Shown: positions 1 to 12,355 of the stretch, one piece after another
Layout: each line of letters starts with the position of its first letter
Numbering within the stretch: the first letter of the stretch is position 1
From: a virus
UHGV virus genome: UHGV-1732480
Strand: one strand, 5' to 3'
DNA length: 21,195 bases
Translations under genes and position numbers: made by a program
The notes under the pieces: model-generated
The model's database searches: none
Told to the model about the DNA's origin: nothing
What the model saw: the letters and a program-made list of their open reading frames with translations, nothing else

Positions 1-2604
<2,604 letters not shown>

Positions 2605-2608
2605 CTTT

Positions 2609-3289
2609 TTACCCCTGCCGCCCGATAACCACGACCTTTCCGCCCCCGCCTTCATCACGGGTGCTGATGTCCTGGGATATACGGCGGGAGCCAACCAGCA
2701 TTTCCCCGTAAGGCACCGGCATCGGGTTCCCCTGGGCAATCATGTTATCCAGTGAGGAAAAGTACGTGTTCTGTCTGCCGTTATCCGTTGCGCGGTAATC
2801 CGGTGTTTTTGCCTTCGGGGCCAGCATCTGGGCCACTCCGCCCAGTATCATGCTGGCACCCAGTGAAAACAGCATCGTGGTGGCAGAAAAACCACCGGCA
2901 CTCAGGGCTGTACCCCATAACGCCATCGAGCCTCCGGCCGTGAAGAAAGAGCCCACGATGGCTGCCGCCCCCAGCACAATCTGCAGTCCACCCTTTCCGG
3001 CCCCGGCCAGTCGCGGCACAATGTGGATGACCGTTCCCTCACCCAGCTGTTCGTGAAGACGGGCATACACCGCCTCCGGTGCCGTGTCATCACCGGCAAT
3101 ACGTATCTGGTACCAGCCTTCGTTCATCTGACGGCGAAAGCCCGGCATCTGCATCGACAGGGCGCGAATGGCTTCCGCTGCCGTGTTCACATACAGGCTG
3201 AGGCGGCGGCCAAATCGTTGCAAATCCCCGTGAAGGCAGATGCGTGCCAGTGGCGGTGACGCCAGACAGAATGCGTTCGTCGTTGCCAT
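2609..3289 (-). CDS. I: Tail assembly protein I
   Basis: 226-aa ORF; MATTNAFCLASPPLARICLHGDLQRFGRR... and C-terminal FSLGASMILGGVAQMLAPKA match recalled lambda gpI; overlaps K 3' end as in lambda. Confidence 0.9.
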   Translation of the reverse strand: MATTNAFCLASPPLARICLHGDLQRFGRRLSLYVNTAAEAIRALSMQMPGFRRQMNEGWYQIRIAGDDTAPEAVYARLHEQLGEGTVIHIVPRLAGAGKGGLQIVLGAAAIVGSFFTAGGSMALWGTALSAGGFSATTMLFSLGASMILGGVAQMLAPKAKTPDYRATDNGRQNTYFSSLDNMIAQGNPMPVPYGEMLVGSRRISQDISTRDEGGGGKVVVIGRQG

Positions 3290-3930
3290 TTTTCGGAATA
3301 CCTCTCCCGTTTACTCAGTTGTTCAGGCAGATGGTGAAGCAGCTCACCGTTGCCGCAGTAAATGGCGGCATGGTTCGGTACCGAAGCACCAAAGCAGCAC
3401 AGCAGAATATCGCCCGCCTGTGCAGAGGACAGGGGCACCCGGTAAAAGCCGGTGACCGCCATATTGTCCAGGTAAAGGTTCTGACCGTTGCGCCACCAGT
3501 CATCCTCGCGATGAAAATCCGGCATTTCAGTCCCCGCCAGATGGTATGCATCCCGGAACAGGGTGTAACAGTCCGTCACCCCGTGCTCAAAGCGCCGTCC
3601 CGTCAGGTGCGGCACGCAGCGGAATTTGTGAATGTCACCCCGGCAGACCAGCCACCAGGGCAGGGCACTCTTTATCTGCAGCCGCCGGTCCGCCTCGCTC
3701 AGCCAGGGCAGACCACCGGGATGACTGTGGACCAGCGCCACAATCTCCCCCTGCATCTCTGCCCGCAGCCAGTCTTCCGGTGCGATACGAAAATACGCCT
3801 CCGGCTCCGCGGAAATATTCACACAAGGGATATACCGCTCCCCCTCCGGCGTGCTTATCACGAAGCCGCACGACTCCGCAGGCGCACACCGCCGGGCATG
3901 CGCCAGAATCGCTGATTCAGTCTGTGTCAT
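3187..3930 (-). CDS. K: Tail tip assembly protein K (NlpC/P60 plus JAB/MPN-like)
   Basis: ORF-track frame contains MTQTESAILAHARRCAPAESCGFV...HSHPGG...; start set at the internal ATG (3930) that aligns with lambda gpK. The longer 334-aa version overlaps L and is rejected. Confidence 0.88.
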   Translation of the reverse strand: MTQTESAILAHARRCAPAESCGFVISTPEGERYIPCVNISAEPEAYFRIAPEDWLRAEMQGEIVALVHSHPGGLPWLSEADRRLQIKSALPWWLVCRGDIHKFRCVPHLTGRRFEHGVTDCYTLFRDAYHLAGTEMPDFHREDDWWRNGQNLYLDNMAVTGFYRVPLSSAQAGDILLCCFGASVPNHAAIYCGNGELLHHLPEQLSKRERYSEKWQRRTHSVWRHRHWHASAFTGICNDLAAASACM

Positions 3931-3940
3931 AAACCGGGAT

Positions 3941-4639
3941 TTACTGCGAAAGTTTGTTAATGGAAAGGAAACCGCCAAAATTAGCCACCATGCCGCGCAT
4001 CTCACACCCGCGCATGCACTTGCTGCATCTGTCCTTACGGATATCCGTGGTGGGGTTGTCGAACTCATCCGCCACCGCAGGACCGTTATACCCGCATTCA
4101 TCTCCCCGGTAATCCCACATACAGGTGTTCGCCAGCATGATGCGACCGGGAAACAGCGCCCCGTCCGTCTCGGTCGGTGTGGCCAGCACAAACGAGGCCG
4201 TCATGGCTGTCAGCTGCGACATCTGCTCCACCACCCAGCGGTCACTCAGCTCCTGCTCCGGGTCCGCCTCCGGATTGCCCGCAACGAAATTCACCGCATC
4301 CAGAAAACGGGCATACACCCGGCGGCGGACCACCGTGGCCCCCACCAGACTCTGCAGGTCTTCCGCCATCCCGGTGACCAGACCGAACAGATTGGACACC
4401 GTCAGCGACGGTCTGGCACTGCTGCCCCGGCCGTTCATCTCAAAGCCGCTGCCGTCAATCGGGTATGCCTCATACTTACGCCCCTGCCAGGTGACCGGCT
4501 CCCCTTTTTCATTCAGCTCATTACAGAAAAAATACCGCTCACCACCCTGTACCGTCAGGTCGATTTCCCAGAGTACCACCCGCGGTGACTGCTCTGACTT
4601 AACCGACTCGTTCAGACTTTCTTCGCGAATATCCTGCAT
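3941..4639 (-). CDS. L: Tail tip protein L
   Basis: 232-aa ORF MQDIREESLNESVKSEQSPRVVLWEIDLT...GGFLSINKLSQ, near-colinear with recalled lambda gpL. Confidence 0.92.
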   Translation of the reverse strand: MQDIREESLNESVKSEQSPRVVLWEIDLTVQGGERYFFCNELNEKGEPVTWQGRKYEAYPIDGSGFEMNGRGSSARPSLTVSNLFGLVTGMAEDLQSLVGATVVRRRVYARFLDAVNFVAGNPEADPEQELSDRWVVEQMSQLTAMTASFVLATPTETDGALFPGRIMLANTCMWDYRGDECGYNGPAVADEFDNPTTDIRKDRCSKCMRGCEMRGMVANFGGFLSINKLSQ

Positions 4640-4968
4640 CAGTTCACCACCTGCTTAAACTCCGCGCTGAACTCAACGCGCAACATCCCGACCCGCGCAG
4701 ACCACCCGGCACAGGTCACCTTTATCTGCCGGTATGCATAGGGTGGCTTCCACAAAAATGCCTTCCAGCCACCGTGCTCTGCCAGGAACGCTTCCAGATG
4801 CCGGGCCTCCTCCCGGGTCACGGAAAGCGTCACCCTGTATGTTTTCAGGTCAGCATTCAGCCCTGCCGCCATACGCTGTGAGTACCCGTCACCAAAACGC
4901 ACTTCACGCACCGATGGCTGCGAGTTCACCTCCATATCCGGCTTCACTTTCCAGCGAAAGGTTTTCAT
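4639..4968 (-). CDS. M: Tail tip protein M
   Basis: 109-aa ORF between H and L, the size and position of lambda gpM. Confidence 0.88.
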   Translation of the reverse strand: MKTFRWKVKPDMEVNSQPSVREVRFGDGYSQRMAAGLNADLKTYRVTLSVTREEARHLEAFLAEHGGWKAFLWKPPYAYRQIKVTCAGWSARVGMLRVEFSAEFKQVVN

Positions 4969-7538
4969 CCACCGCTCCCTGATAACATACCGCCATCACG
5001 CAACTGCAGCCGGAGTTCATCCTGTGCCCCCTTGCGGGCCATCTCATACACCGCTTTCATCAGCTGCGGCCCTGCCCGCCCGTTGGGGCCGTCGTTCTGA
5101 ATCACCACGTGATTGTTCTGATTAAAATTAATGCCTTCAGCCCGCCGCATCTGCGCCGGACTTCCGGCACCGCCCACATAACCACCTTCCGCATAGCCCC
5201 GCATCAGGCGGTACAGGTTGCCGACACCAATCCGGCTGGTAGCCTCCTTCGTGAAGACAAACTCCCCGCGATGAACAATCCCCGCAGGTTCATATTTACC
5301 CCCCGTCCCCGTAAATCCCCCGGTCGCGAAATGGAAGTTCGCCGCCGCAGCCTGAATGGCCGTCCCCGTGGAGGCAGACGCACCACCACCGAAAGCACCG
5401 CCAATGGCGCTGCCGATACTCCCGACTATCCCCACCATCGCCTGCTTCAGAAAAATCTCTGTCAGCATGGACAGCACAGAACGGGTGAAACCACGCCAGT
5501 TCTGTTCGCTGCCGGTCAGCATCGCTGCCATATTCTGTGCAATACCGTCAAAGGTCTGCGTGGCCGCGTTTTTAACCTGCGAAAAACTGTCCGTCGCACT
5601 TTCCGCCCACTCGCCCCAGCCGGACTTCATCCCGGCCATCCAGCTTCCACGAAGCTGCTCCTCCGCAGACCAGGTGTTCTTCAGTGCAGATGTGGCCTTC
5701 GCCAGCGCAGCCGGATTATCACCGTACACCTCACGAAGGCGCTGCTCTTCCGACTCCCGCTGCGCCTGACGGTCGGTGAGTCCGCGGGCTTTTGCGCTGA
5801 TTGCCGCCTGCTTCGCGCTCTGCTGCTGTTCAAACCGCGCCGCCTGCTGTGCCAGCTCATTCAGCCGTTTCTGGTGTTCAATCTTGTCGCCCAGCTCAGC
5901 CAGCTGGCGTTTGTACTCCAGCGTTTCTTTCTCATGGGCCAGCAGGGATTTTTCCTGCTCAGATAACTGCCGTTTCGTGGCGGCCTCTTTCAGGACCACA
6001 TACTGATTTTCCGCTTCCCATAAATCCCGGCGCTGCTGGCTGATTTTCTCATTCACACCGCTGTGTTTTTCCAGCGTCCTGAGCTCGGTTTCAAGCGCCA
6101 GCATGGCTGCATGCGCCCGGTCTTCCTGGCGCTCACCGGCAGACACCTTCACACCTGACGGCTTTTTCAGCGTCGATTCATAATCCTTTTTTGCCGACGC
6201 CATCAGCGTGTTGTAATCCGCCTGCAGGATTTTTCCGTCTTTCAGGGCCTTATTCAGCTCTTTCTGACGGGCGGTATATTTATCCAGCGGCGTCTGCAGG
6301 CGCTCATACGCCTTCTGCGCCTCTCCGGTATACTTCAGCTGTGACGCCTCACGCTCAGCCCGGTCCCTTGCCGCCAGTTCACCGGCTTTTTCCATATCCG
6401 ACTGCAGCGTGGCCGCTGCCAGACCCAGACGGGCATTTTCCCGGTCATCCCATGCCCCCTGAAGGTTCGCACGAAAAGAGGAGGTCTTTCCCCGGCGCTG
6501 GCTCCGGCTCTGGTACCACTGCCATTTTTTATCCGCCTCATCAAATGCCTTCTGCGCACTGGCGAGCATATCCGCTGAGGATTCAGGACGACCGATATCC
6601 AGAATGGCATCCCACATCGATTTGAATGCCTTCCCTGTTTTATCCGCCCAGGTCTCCAGTGTTCCCATGTTTTCTTTCAGGCGACGGGTCTGCTCATCAA
6701 AGCCTTTCGTGGCGATATCGTTCGCCGCCTGCAATGCCCCGGCCTCGTCTCCGGAACGCTGCAGCTGTGCAACATACGCAATCTGCTCTGCCGTCACGTT
6801 ACGGAACTGGCGCGCCATCGCCATCAGTCCCGACGTCGGGTCAGTGGTCAGCTTCCCGAAGGCTTCAGCGACTTTATCCACCTCCACACCGGATGCAGAC
6901 GCAAAACGCGCGACACTCTGGTTGATGGCATCAAACTGTTCACCACCACGCACACCGGCATTCATCAGGGCTGCCAGTGACTCTCTCGCCTGGTTAAACG
7001 TCAGCCCTGCTGCCTGCCCGGCTCTTGAGAGAGTCAGCATACGATCGGCAGTCAGTCCGGACTGATTACCGGAAAGAACCAGGGTTTTATTAAACGCTGA
7101 AAGCGTGGAATCTCCCTGGTACCAGGCGTACACCAGCGCACCTGTCGCCACCGCCAGCGAGGTGACCCCGACCATCGGCAGGGTGATCGCACCGGCGAGC
7201 CCCCTGAACATGGGGATCATCCCGCCGAAGGAGTCCTTCACCTGACCGCCCTGTTGCAGCAGGATCAGCCAGGGATTCTGACCACCGGCAAGCTGCGTGG
7301 CGATATCCGTAAACTGTGCGGGCAGGGTTCGCATGGCCGCTTTATACTGCCCGACGGAAATCCCGGCTTTTTGTGCAGCCAGCGCCTGGCGGCTCAGGCC
7401 CTGTTCAACAGCACTGGCGGTTTTTCTGGCGTCGGTATCCAGACCTGAAAAATGACGCCTTACCCGGCTCATCTGCTCATCGAAACGGACAGCATCCAGA
7501 CTCAGGTCAATAACAAGATCACCAACCGGCTGGGACAT
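4965..7538 (-). CDS. H: Tail tape measure protein H
   Basis: 857-aa ORF MSQPVGDLVIDLSLDAVRFDEQMSRVRRHFSG... matches recalled lambda gpH along its length. Confidence 0.93.
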   Translation of the reverse strand: MSQPVGDLVIDLSLDAVRFDEQMSRVRRHFSGLDTDARKTASAVEQGLSRQALAAQKAGISVGQYKAAMRTLPAQFTDIATQLAGGQNPWLILLQQGGQVKDSFGGMIPMFRGLAGAITLPMVGVTSLAVATGALVYAWYQGDSTLSAFNKTLVLSGNQSGLTADRMLTLSRAGQAAGLTFNQARESLAALMNAGVRGGEQFDAINQSVARFASASGVEVDKVAEAFGKLTTDPTSGLMAMARQFRNVTAEQIAYVAQLQRSGDEAGALQAANDIATKGFDEQTRRLKENMGTLETWADKTGKAFKSMWDAILDIGRPESSADMLASAQKAFDEADKKWQWYQSRSQRRGKTSSFRANLQGAWDDRENARLGLAAATLQSDMEKAGELAARDRAEREASQLKYTGEAQKAYERLQTPLDKYTARQKELNKALKDGKILQADYNTLMASAKKDYESTLKKPSGVKVSAGERQEDRAHAAMLALETELRTLEKHSGVNEKISQQRRDLWEAENQYVVLKEAATKRQLSEQEKSLLAHEKETLEYKRQLAELGDKIEHQKRLNELAQQAARFEQQQSAKQAAISAKARGLTDRQAQRESEEQRLREVYGDNPAALAKATSALKNTWSAEEQLRGSWMAGMKSGWGEWAESATDSFSQVKNAATQTFDGIAQNMAAMLTGSEQNWRGFTRSVLSMLTEIFLKQAMVGIVGSIGSAIGGAFGGGASASTGTAIQAAAANFHFATGGFTGTGGKYEPAGIVHRGEFVFTKEATSRIGVGNLYRLMRGYAEGGYVGGAGSPAQMRRAEGINFNQNNHVVIQNDGPNGRAGPQLMKAVYEMARKGAQDELRLQLRDGGMLSGSGG

Positions 7539-7983
7539 ATCTCACACCTCCCGGAATCCCCGCTGAAGCCATCATTAATGCGGCATCATCCACCATGACA
7601 TCCGCCACATCCGCAGACGATAAAATATCGCGCCCTCCGTCCCCACCGAACCGGACGCCTCCGGCAAGTCCTGCCGCTTTCTGCATCAGCATTTTGTCCT
7701 CATCCGGCCTCTCCACCTGCTCTTCCTCATGCCGGGGGACAAGCAGACTGAAATCAGAGGGATGCATATCCGGATCGCAAAAAAACAGGCTGAGTACAGC
7801 GTACGTCAGCCCGGAAAAATGCATATCCAGCTGGGTATCCTGAAAATAATGCGTGCGGTAAAAACGGTGCCAGTCGGCATATTCGGTGGATGTCATCCCG
7901 GCAAGCATGGCGCGCCAGTCGGGTCTCCCCATCTCACGCGCCAGTCTGAGGGCAAAGTTCAGCTCGCCGTCAAAGACTTTCCC
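7519..7983 (-). CDS. T: T portion of the G-T tail assembly chaperone, made by -1 frameshift from G
   Basis: The -1 frame after the slippery site reads ...LNFALRLAREMGRPDWRAMLAGMTSTEYADWHRFY..., matching recalled lambda gpT. There is no independent start context. Confidence 0.8.
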   Translation of the reverse strand, partial: GKVFDGELNFALRLAREMGRPDWRAMLAGMTSTEYADWHRFYRTHYFQDTQLDMHFSGLTYAVLSLFFCDPDMHPSDFSLLVPRHEEEQVERPDEDKMLMQKAAGLAGGVRFGGDGGRDILSSADVADVMVDDAALMMASAGIPGGVRYVPAGW

Positions 7984-8390
7984 GCAGAAAAATCATCATC
8001 AGTCAGCGTGTTATTTTTCGCCACTTCAGTAATATCAGTATCCGGACGAACAGCTTCGATCATCCCGGACAGGCACAACACCACGTCTTCCGCCCGGGCA
8101 ATGGCATCGGCAGGCCAGGTGGTGAGCACTTCCTGCTCTATCTTCATCACGGCCTCATTCATTGACGGTGACTGCGTTTTCTGTGGATGGTTATGCCACA
8201 GAGACATCGCCACCAGAAACGCGCCGGTTCTGACGAGATCTTCCACGCTTACCTGCAGGTTGCCGCAGGATTCTGCCTGTTCTGCACGCCGTTTCAGGAG
8301 GGCAAGATGCTCGATACGCTGCAGCGCAGACAATTCGGAAAGCGTGACAGACACACCGTTATATTCAAATTGTTCTGTTTTCAGAAACAT
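7959..8390 (-). CDS. G: Tail assembly chaperone G
   Basis: 143-aa ORF MFLKTEQFEYNGVSVTLSELSALQRIEHLALLKRRAEQAES... matches recalled lambda gpG. Confidence 0.92.
   Translation of the reverse strand: MFLKTEQFEYNGVSVTLSELSALQRIEHLALLKRRAEQAESCGNLQVSVEDLVRTGAFLVAMSLWHNHPQKTQSPSMNEAVMKIEQEVLTTWPADAIARAEDVVLCLSGMIEAVRPDTDITEVAKNNTLTDDDFSAGKSLTAS
7977..7983 (-). other. Programmed -1 ribosomal frameshift slippery heptamer GGGAAAG (minus strand) at the 3' end of G
   Basis: Plus-strand CTTTCCC at 7977-7983; same heptamer and position as in lambda G/GT. Confidence 0.8.
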
Positions 8391-8403
8391 GTATTACCTC
8401 CGT

Positions 8404-9156
8404 TTACCCTGCAGCGCCCGCTTCAGTAACGGTGACTTCAGCCACTGCGGCGAACTGACCATTTCCGCTCACCACAGGGATCTGCACCTTACCTGTCGCC
8501 ACGCCGTTTACCGTAATTGTCATATCTTTCACACTAATGGTGGCTTTCGACGGATCGGCGGAAACCGCTCTGAACGTCTTGTCGGTTGCACTTTCCGGCT
8601 CAAAAGAAACCGTCAGGGTGGTTGTTTTCCCTTTTGCCACCGTACCGGATGTCGGCGTCACCTTAATCGCACTGACCGGCGTAATTTTGCTGCGTTCTTC
8701 CGCTACAGAAGGTTTACCCACGTTAGTGACCTTCACCGTGCGGGTGATCACTTCTTTCGCCGTCACGGCCTTACCGATACTGCTGACCCAGCCACGAAAC
8801 ACATCCACCGTGCCATTCGGAAAACGGATTTTATAGGCCCGGACATCGCCGCTTTCAAACCAGCCTATAAGCCCTTTCTGGCCTTCCTCTCCCGGTTTCC
8901 AGGCCAGCGTAAAACTGGTATCACCTGCAGATTTCTGCCCCTGCCCGGTCGCGGTCCAGTCCGCGTCTTCATCATCCAGGTAGTTATCATCGTAGGATTC
9001 TGCCGTCATCTCGCCCGGCGTCAGATCCTTCACCTTAGCCAGTCGCTGCCAGTCATCGTCTGACAACGGGTTTGCATAAGCATCACCCTTGCCGTTGTAA
9101 ACCCACAGAGTGGTACCGGCACCTTTTACCGGCTCAAGGGGATTTGGTGTTGCCAT
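8404..9156 (-). CDS. V: Major tail tube protein V (C-terminal Ig-like domain)
   Basis: 250-aa ORF ...[41 protein letters not shown]... matches recalled lambda gpV. Confidence 0.93.
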   Translation of the reverse strand: MATPNPLEPVKGAGTTLWVYNGKGDAYANPLSDDDWQRLAKVKDLTPGEMTAESYDDNYLDDEDADWTATGQGQKSAGDTSFTLAWKPGEEGQKGLIGWFESGDVRAYKIRFPNGTVDVFRGWVSSIGKAVTAKEVITRTVKVTNVGKPSVAEERSKITPVSAIKVTPTSGTVAKGKTTTLTVSFEPESATDKTFRAVSADPSKATISVKDMTITVNGVATGKVQIPVVSGNGQFAAVAEVTVTEAGAAG

Positions 9157-9163
9157 ATCGTCC

Positions 9164-9559
9164 TCACATCTCGTATGTAATGGAATAAGTCAGATCTGCA
9201 GAACTCCATAACGCCATATCGTCATCACGACGATACTCATAGCCCTGCGTAACCATCGTGGTAATCAGTCCTGCCAGTGCCGGGATCGCGGTCATCGCCG
9301 GGTAAATCCGGCTTTCCATCCACTGATCGAGCTCTGAATCCGGTACCTGTGCCGGTAAAAACACCTCAATATGCAGTGTGGCCCGCCAGGTATCTGCATC
9401 CAGCTCTTCACCGGTATACTCTGCATCCGTCAGATAAACCGCGATCGCAGGAAAATCCTCTTCGTCAAAAACAACGGGGCGACCATCAAACAGCGTCGCC
9501 CCGTGTTCATGCTGCTCGAGTGCATCCAGCACTGCGGCACGAATGTCAGTGTGTTTCAT
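9164..9559 (-). CDS. U: Tail terminator protein U
   Basis: 131-aa [36 protein letters not shown]... matches recalled lambda gpU. Confidence 0.92.
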   Translation of the reverse strand: MKHTDIRAAVLDALEQHEHGATLFDGRPVVFDEEDFPAIAVYLTDAEYTGEELDADTWRATLHIEVFLPAQVPDSELDQWMESRIYPAMTAIPALAGLITTMVTQGYEYRRDDDMALWSSADLTYSITYEM

Positions 9560-10089
9560 CGTTTTATCGCAATCCTCAGTTGTTGTTTCAGCGCGTATGC
9601 CAGTTCTTTAGGCAGGCGTTCACGCCGGATACGGTCAACATTCTCATCAAATGCCTGTTTCAGTGGGGCCGCCATCGGGATTTTCACCACATCAATGGGG
9701 TAACGGTTTTTCCCGGCCACACGCTGCATGACATGCCAGCGACCATTTTTTAATCGCTGAATAAATGCCCGCTGATACCGATGCTGACCGGCTTTAAGTA
9801 TGCTGTTCGGGCGACGCCCCAGCATCCTGATCCCCAGCTTAATCACAGGGAGATCACCGCGGTTAACGATAATTCTGGCATTCGGATTTCTGACCGTCGC
9901 CCGTTTCAGTCTGGACCGTTCCTTAACCAGTTTCCGGCGAACCTTTGTCTCCCGGGCAACCTGTGATGAAGACTGATTAATCGCCGTTGTGGCCACGCGG
10001 TTAATGGCCATTGCTGAAGCCGCCGGAATGGCGTTTTTACGAACCCGGCTCAGATTGTCAATCGCCTGATCAAGCCCTTTTATCGCCAT
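9556..10089 (-). CDS. Z: Tail completion protein Z
   Basis: 177-aa ORF MAIKGLDQAIDNLSRVRKNAIPAASAMAINRVA... matches recalled lambda gpZ; ATGA overlap with U. Confidence 0.9.
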   Translation of the reverse strand: MAIKGLDQAIDNLSRVRKNAIPAASAMAINRVATTAINQSSSQVARETKVRRKLVKERSRLKRATVRNPNARIIVNRGDLPVIKLGIRMLGRRPNSILKAGQHRYQRAFIQRLKNGRWHVMQRVAGKNRYPIDVVKIPMAAPLKQAFDENVDRIRRERLPKELAYALKQQLRIAIKR

Positions 10090-10104
10090 AATTTCACCCT
10101 GCGT

Positions 10105-10458
10105 TTATCGTCGCCGGTTAACTGCGGGTGGTTGACCACGGTTGAGCCAGAGATAACAGCTGCCCCCGTCATCCGGAGAAACACGATCCACCCAGAATAT
10201 CTCACCATTAATGGTCAGCGTGTCACCACGCCGCACGGCACGAACCGTATCCGTCCGCACAAATAATGACGGGCTGCTTCCTTCAATACGGACCCCGCCA
10301 CCGGCAAACCCCAGCGACTCCGGATCGTCAAAAACCCCCTGAACTTCGCTGCCACACTGTGCCCCCGAGGTGAACTGCGCACAGAGCCCCATCACTTCAA
10401 CGATCGTACTGTCTACCCCGGCGAGGGCAGCATCAAAGGCATTCTGAAAATCACGCAT
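10105..10458 (-). CDS. FII: Head-tail connector protein FII
   Basis: 117-aa ORF ending ...WVDRVSPDDGGSCYLWLNRGQPPAVNRRR, near-identical to the recalled lambda gpFII C-terminus. Confidence 0.92.
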   Translation of the reverse strand: MRDFQNAFDAALAGVDSTIVEVMGLCAQFTSGAQCGSEVQGVFDDPESLGFAGGGVRIEGSSPSLFVRTDTVRAVRRGDTLTINGEIFWVDRVSPDDGGSCYLWLNRGQPPAVNRRR

Positions 10459-10834
10459 ATTCAGCCGTTCCGTGCTGTATCATGGCCGTTGCCAGTGATG
10501 ATGGCACCAGAACACGCATACCCCGTAACGCCAGCTCAACGGGACGACCTGTCTCCGGGCAATACCCCATTACTTGCAGGCACTTCCGTACCCGGACGGC
10601 TTTAACATCATCCGGAGCATCCGTGTTGTTCAACTGCTCACCATCGTCTGTGTGATTTTGATCAGCCCCGCTCTCATCAGAGTGCATAATGCCCTCCGGG
10701 GAAACAGCAAGCTCCTCTTCCCACTCAGACACACGTTGAGCAATATCCGCAGCACTCCCCGACATATCCGCCTCGCGCCCCAGCAGGCCAGCCAGTTGAC
10801 GAAGACGATTCAGATTTTCTTCTTTTGTTGCCAT
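10451..10834 (-). CDS. FI: DNA-packaging / head-completion protein FI-like
   Basis: Position between E and FII. Start set at the ATG (10834) preceded by AGGAGG rather than the upstream ORF-track start. Sequence is divergent from lambda FI, so the assignment is positional. Confidence 0.7.
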   Translation of the reverse strand: MATKEENLNRLRQLAGLLGREADMSGSAADIAQRVSEWEEELAVSPEGIMHSDESGADQNHTDDGEQLNNTDAPDDVKAVRVRKCLQVMGYCPETGRPVELALRGMRVLVPSSLATAMIQHGTAEYA

Positions 10835-10885
10835 CTCAGCCTCCTGTGAAAAAAGACACGGGGGCATTTCGCCCCCGCTCACGGA

Positions 10886-11914
10886 TTATTTCACCTGTAC
10901 CACCACAAACTCATCCGGATCCGGCAGCACCATCAGCGGTGCGGACTGCGTCATGGTGAATTCACAGGACGGATCGCCCACGGTCAGCCAGTGTTTCGGG
11001 TAACGGGAAGAAGCCACCACTCCTTCAGACAACGCCTGTGCATCCTTAATGGCACCATAGCAACGAATCCCCTCTGCCGCCGTATTCCCCAGCACCAGCA
11101 TGCCCTCCGGCAGATAACGTTTTTCGGTACCGTCCTCTGCCACATAAGACGTTTTCGCCACCACAATGGCCAGATCGCCGTAATACCCCTTGAAGGACAC
11201 CACTGCGCCCAGATCTTTCACTGCCGTTTCGAGTTGTGAATTTGAGCCGCGACGGGTATCCAGTTTTTCGCGGAACAGCTTAAAGCCATTCAGCAGACGC
11301 CAGACCGTACCGTCCATAATGGCGATATTCACAAGGCCGCTGGCCTGATCGCAGTAGAGGTCAATATCATGCGTCGGATCAAACGTATCACGGTCCTGCT
11401 CAGACCATTTTTTACCGTCAGCCTGCTCAATGTTATTTCCTTCAGAGCGCCCGAAATCCACCTCGACAGTATCAAACTGATCCCCTTCCATGGTGTATTT
11501 GCCATACAGCACGGCATTCACCGCCTGCATTTCTTCCACCTGGACAATGGCGTGCTCTTCCTGTTTGAGGTTATCGGTAATGATACGCAGACGACGGTAG
11601 GCCGGGTCGTTCAGCTGAGCCGGATCTTCACCAGGAAGGCGCTCAACCGCCTGCTGGTAATTAAATTCGTGTTTGGGCTTGACGTAGCCCGGACGTAACA
11701 CGCGGGTTTCACCACCGCGATGGCGAAGCACTTTTCCTTCAACGATCGGGGAGACATAGGCCGCCACCGGCGTTTTTCCGGTAATTTTGTCCAGCATCAC
11801 CTCTTCGGTGTGGAAATTCACCGTACGGCGGAAAAACAGCTCCAGAAACAGCGCACGGAATTTCACTTTTTGTTCGGTATAACCGAGTAACTGGCGGGTC
11901 GTAAACAATCCCAT
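10886..11914 (-). CDS. E: Major capsid protein E
   Basis: 342-aa ORF ...LRPGYVKPKHEF...RGSNSQLETAVKDLG...MVLPDPDEFVVVQVK matches recalled lambda gpE. Confidence 0.93.
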   Translation of the reverse strand: MGLFTTRQLLGYTEQKVKFRALFLELFFRRTVNFHTEEVMLDKITGKTPVAAYVSPIVEGKVLRHRGGETRVLRPGYVKPKHEFNYQQAVERLPGEDPAQLNDPAYRRLRIITDNLKQEEHAIVQVEEMQAVNAVLYGKYTMEGDQFDTVEVDFGRSEGNNIEQADGKKWSEQDRDTFDPTHDIDLYCDQASGLVNIAIMDGTVWRLLNGFKLFREKLDTRRGSNSQLETAVKDLGAVVSFKGYYGDLAIVVAKTSYVAEDGTEKRYLPEGMLVLGNTAAEGIRCYGAIKDAQALSEGVVASSRYPKHWLTVGDPSCEFTMTQSAPLMVLPDPDEFVVVQVK

Positions 11915-11971
11915 AAATCAGTTCCTTTCATTCAGAAATCAGTCAGGCCGCCATGGTGGCCTGATAACGTG

Positions 11972-12319
11972 TTACGGCAGAGCCGCGTGACTCAGGGCTG
12001 TGCCGGCAAAGGCATTTGCCTTTTTGTGTTCATCCACACTGTCAGGCCAGCGGATTGCCTCCGTCGCAAAGGTCCCCGACTTGTAATAGGTCAGCACCGT
12101 CTCTGTGCCTTCAAGCGGCAGTACCAGTATGCCAACCGCACTACCGGCTTTCTGTCCATCCCAGACCACCAGTTTCCCGGTGGCTTCATCCAGCATCAGG
12201 GGCGTCAGAGCCGGTGTTGCAGAAGAAATCCCGCTGCTGCCTGTGGCGGTATGAGCCGGATCATTACCGGCAAAAATACGTACTTCCGCACGCTGTTCAG
12301 TGATGGTTTTCGTCACCAT
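11972..12319 (-). CDS. D: Head decoration protein D
   Basis: 115-aa ORF with NDPAHTATGSSGIS...TPLMLDEATGKLVVWDG...YKSGTF matches recalled lambda gpD. Confidence 0.9.
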   Translation of the reverse strand: MVTKTITEQRAEVRIFAGNDPAHTATGSSGISSATPALTPLMLDEATGKLVVWDGQKAGSAVGILVLPLEGTETVLTYYKSGTFATEAIRWPDSVDEHKKANAFAGTALSHAALP

Positions 12320-12355
12320 TTTGTTAAAACCTCATATTGATGGTCAGCACTGACT

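Noticed and set aside
3187-4191. 334-aa extended version of K
   Set aside because: The N-terminal extension overlaps L in another frame; similarity to lambda gpK begins at the internal ATG at 3930.
3240-4658. Plus-strand ORFs antisense to I/K/L (3244..3915, 3546..3932, 3851..4588, 4125..4658 and others)
   Set aside because: Antisense to strongly supported tail genes; biased composition, no recognisable domains.
5109-7065. Plus- and minus-strand alternative ORFs inside H (5109..5966, 5356..5769, 6191..6625, 6604..7065 and others)
   Set aside because: All overlap the tape measure gene, whose full-length frame matches lambda gpH.
7729-9063. 444-aa plus-strand ORF
   Set aside because: Antisense across G and V; Cys/Arg-rich, low-complexity translation; both underlying genes are strongly supported.
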